A stretch of DNA of 60,797 nt, filler included, from Actinomycetota bacterium (GTDB taxonomy: Bacteria; Actinomycetota; Actinomycetes; JAKEEW01), in the NCBI GenBank assembly GCA_046725875.1. It is 4 parts of 4 records of this genome, joined end to end, with 100 filler letters (N's around TTAATTAATTAA, not from the genome) between each part and the next. Parts side by side here need not be neighbours in the genome. Positions count along the whole stretch, not along the records: positions 55,073 to 60,797 come from JBKOZJ010000064.1; 3 more parts are not named here. One strand, written 5' to 3'. Below, in pieces: positions 59,750 through 60,797 of this stretch (within the stretch, counting starts at the first letter, position 1; the number at the start of each line of letters is the position of its first letter). Below the pieces are notes generated by a model. That model did not search any database. It was not told where the DNA came from and was given only the letters and a program-made list of their open reading frames with translations. A program made the position numbers and the translations under genes.

Positions 59750-60797
59750 CTACGAGCACGCGAGCAGGCCCATCGACTGCTTGGCAGCCAGGATGCGAAG
59801 TGTGTGCCGATCGACTTGGGCCCGGAAATCGGAACCTGCCCGCGCCTCGGCGATCACGGCCGAGGTCATTGCTGGGAGCAGGTTCGGCGTGCTCACCAGG
59901 ACCAAATCGCCGCCCGCGCGCAGGAAGTCGAGCGCACGCTCGGCCGGCGGCACGGCCTGGACCTCCTCGGCGGCTCCTAGGTCATCGGAGACCACGACGC
60001 TGTCGAACCCAAGATCGTCTCGGACCATCCCGTCGATGACCGTACTCGAGAAGACGGCCCGATGCCGCGGATCGATCTTCGTGTACGTGGCGAGCGACAC
60101 CATCAGGAATCGTGCTCCAGCGTCGATACCGTCCTTGAACGGCGCCAGATCTGGATCGTCTCGTGTTGTCACAGTGTCGGTGATGCCACTGGAGAAGTCA
60201 GTGTTGCCGCGCACCTTTCCGAGTCCCGGGAAGTGCTTGACCGTTGTGGCGATCCGGGCCGCGGCCATTCCTCGTACAAACGCCGCGACGTGCTCACCAA
60301 CAGCCTCGGGGTCGGACCCGTAGCCGCGGTGGAGGGCGCCGATCGGCTCGTTCGCCGTACCGATCCACGCGGGCACCACATCCGCGACCGGTGCCAGGTC
60401 CAGGTTGATGCCGGCCACCCGCAGCTCGTCGCCCCACCCCTCGGCTCGGCGCGCGAGCTCACTCGGTTCGAGCTCTCCCTGTGCGCTAGCGGATGGGATC
60501 GTGGCGAACCCTGGTCCCTTGAGGTGTTGAACGAGCCCACCTTCCTGGTCCGCAGCGATGAGCGGGCGAACACCGGCGGGCGCTCCTACAACAGCACGAG
60601 CGCGCCGCACCGCAGTGGCCACGGGCTCGACACCACTCGTTGCCTGGCCTACGAGCAAGACAGAGCCCACCTGCGCGGACTCGAGACGAGCGGAGACAAA
60701 GGCGGGGGTGCGGTCGACCTGGATGCCTCCCATGAACAGCTGCCCCACCCGCTCGGCGAGGCTGAGCTGGTCGAGGGTCCGTTCCGGGCAGCCCTCC
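59750..60797 (-). CDS. GH3 beta-N-acetylhexosaminidase-like protein, 5' end outside window
   Basis: LSLAERVGQLFM, ADQEGGLVQHL, NLDLAPVADV, KHFPGLG, VSDDL. Confidence 0.9.
   Translation of the reverse strand, partial: EGCPERTLDQLSLAERVGQLFMGGIQVDRTPAFVSARLESAQVGSVLLVGQATSGVEPVATAVRRARAVVGAPAGVRPLIAADQEGGLVQHLKGPGFATIPSASAQGELEPSELARRAEGWGDELRVAGINLDLAPVADVVPAWIGTANEPIGALHRGYGSDPEAVGEHVAAFVRGMAAARIATTVKHFPGLGKVRGNTDFSSGITDTVTTRDDPDLAPFKDGIDAGARFLMVSLATYTKIDPRHRAVFSSTVIDGMVRDDLGFDSVVVSDDLGAAEEVQAVPPAERALDFLRAGGDLVLVSTPNLLPAMTSAVIAEARAGSDFRAQVDRHTLRILAAKQSMGLLACS

Overview
High-GC actinobacterial DNA made of four contigs joined by artificial 100-nt spacers (44 N + TTAATTAATTAA + 44 N) at 28200-28299, 43689-43788 and 54973-55072, so adjacency across these gaps is not biological. 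Contig 1 (1-28199) is a core housekeeping block, mostly on the minus strand: tig-clpP1-clpP2-clpX, valS-folC-DUF4233-ndk-mreB, a B12 radical SAM gene and its partner, rne, rplU-rpmA-obgE, nadD and an LCP gene. Its insertions are an Otr(A)/TetM-like GTPase with a GNAT, a MocR regulator/YjeH-like exporter pair, and two unannotated small membrane-protein ORFs. The mreB gene has no mreCD-pbp2-rodA behind it. Contig 2 (28300-43688) carries a complete selenocysteine system: a UGA-recoded formate dehydrogenase alpha subunit with SECIS, Fe-S and NrfD subunits, selD, tRNA-Sec, selA and selB. It also has purU, an F420-type LLM enzyme and a TreS-like GH13. Contig 3 (43789-54972) is accessory and decaying: a multicopper oxidase with three CPMHP metal-binding repeats, a flavoprotein, three RibD-C/DHFR-like genes, several gene remnants, and a compact 2.4-kb element of only two tyrosine recombinases bounded by RIT-like inverted repeats (the best candidate for an undescribed system). 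Contig 4 (55073-60797) has a TPR protein, an ABC exporter pair, GNATs (one pseudogene) and a GH3 hexosaminidase. All family calls come from motif recognition by eye; no database searches were run.
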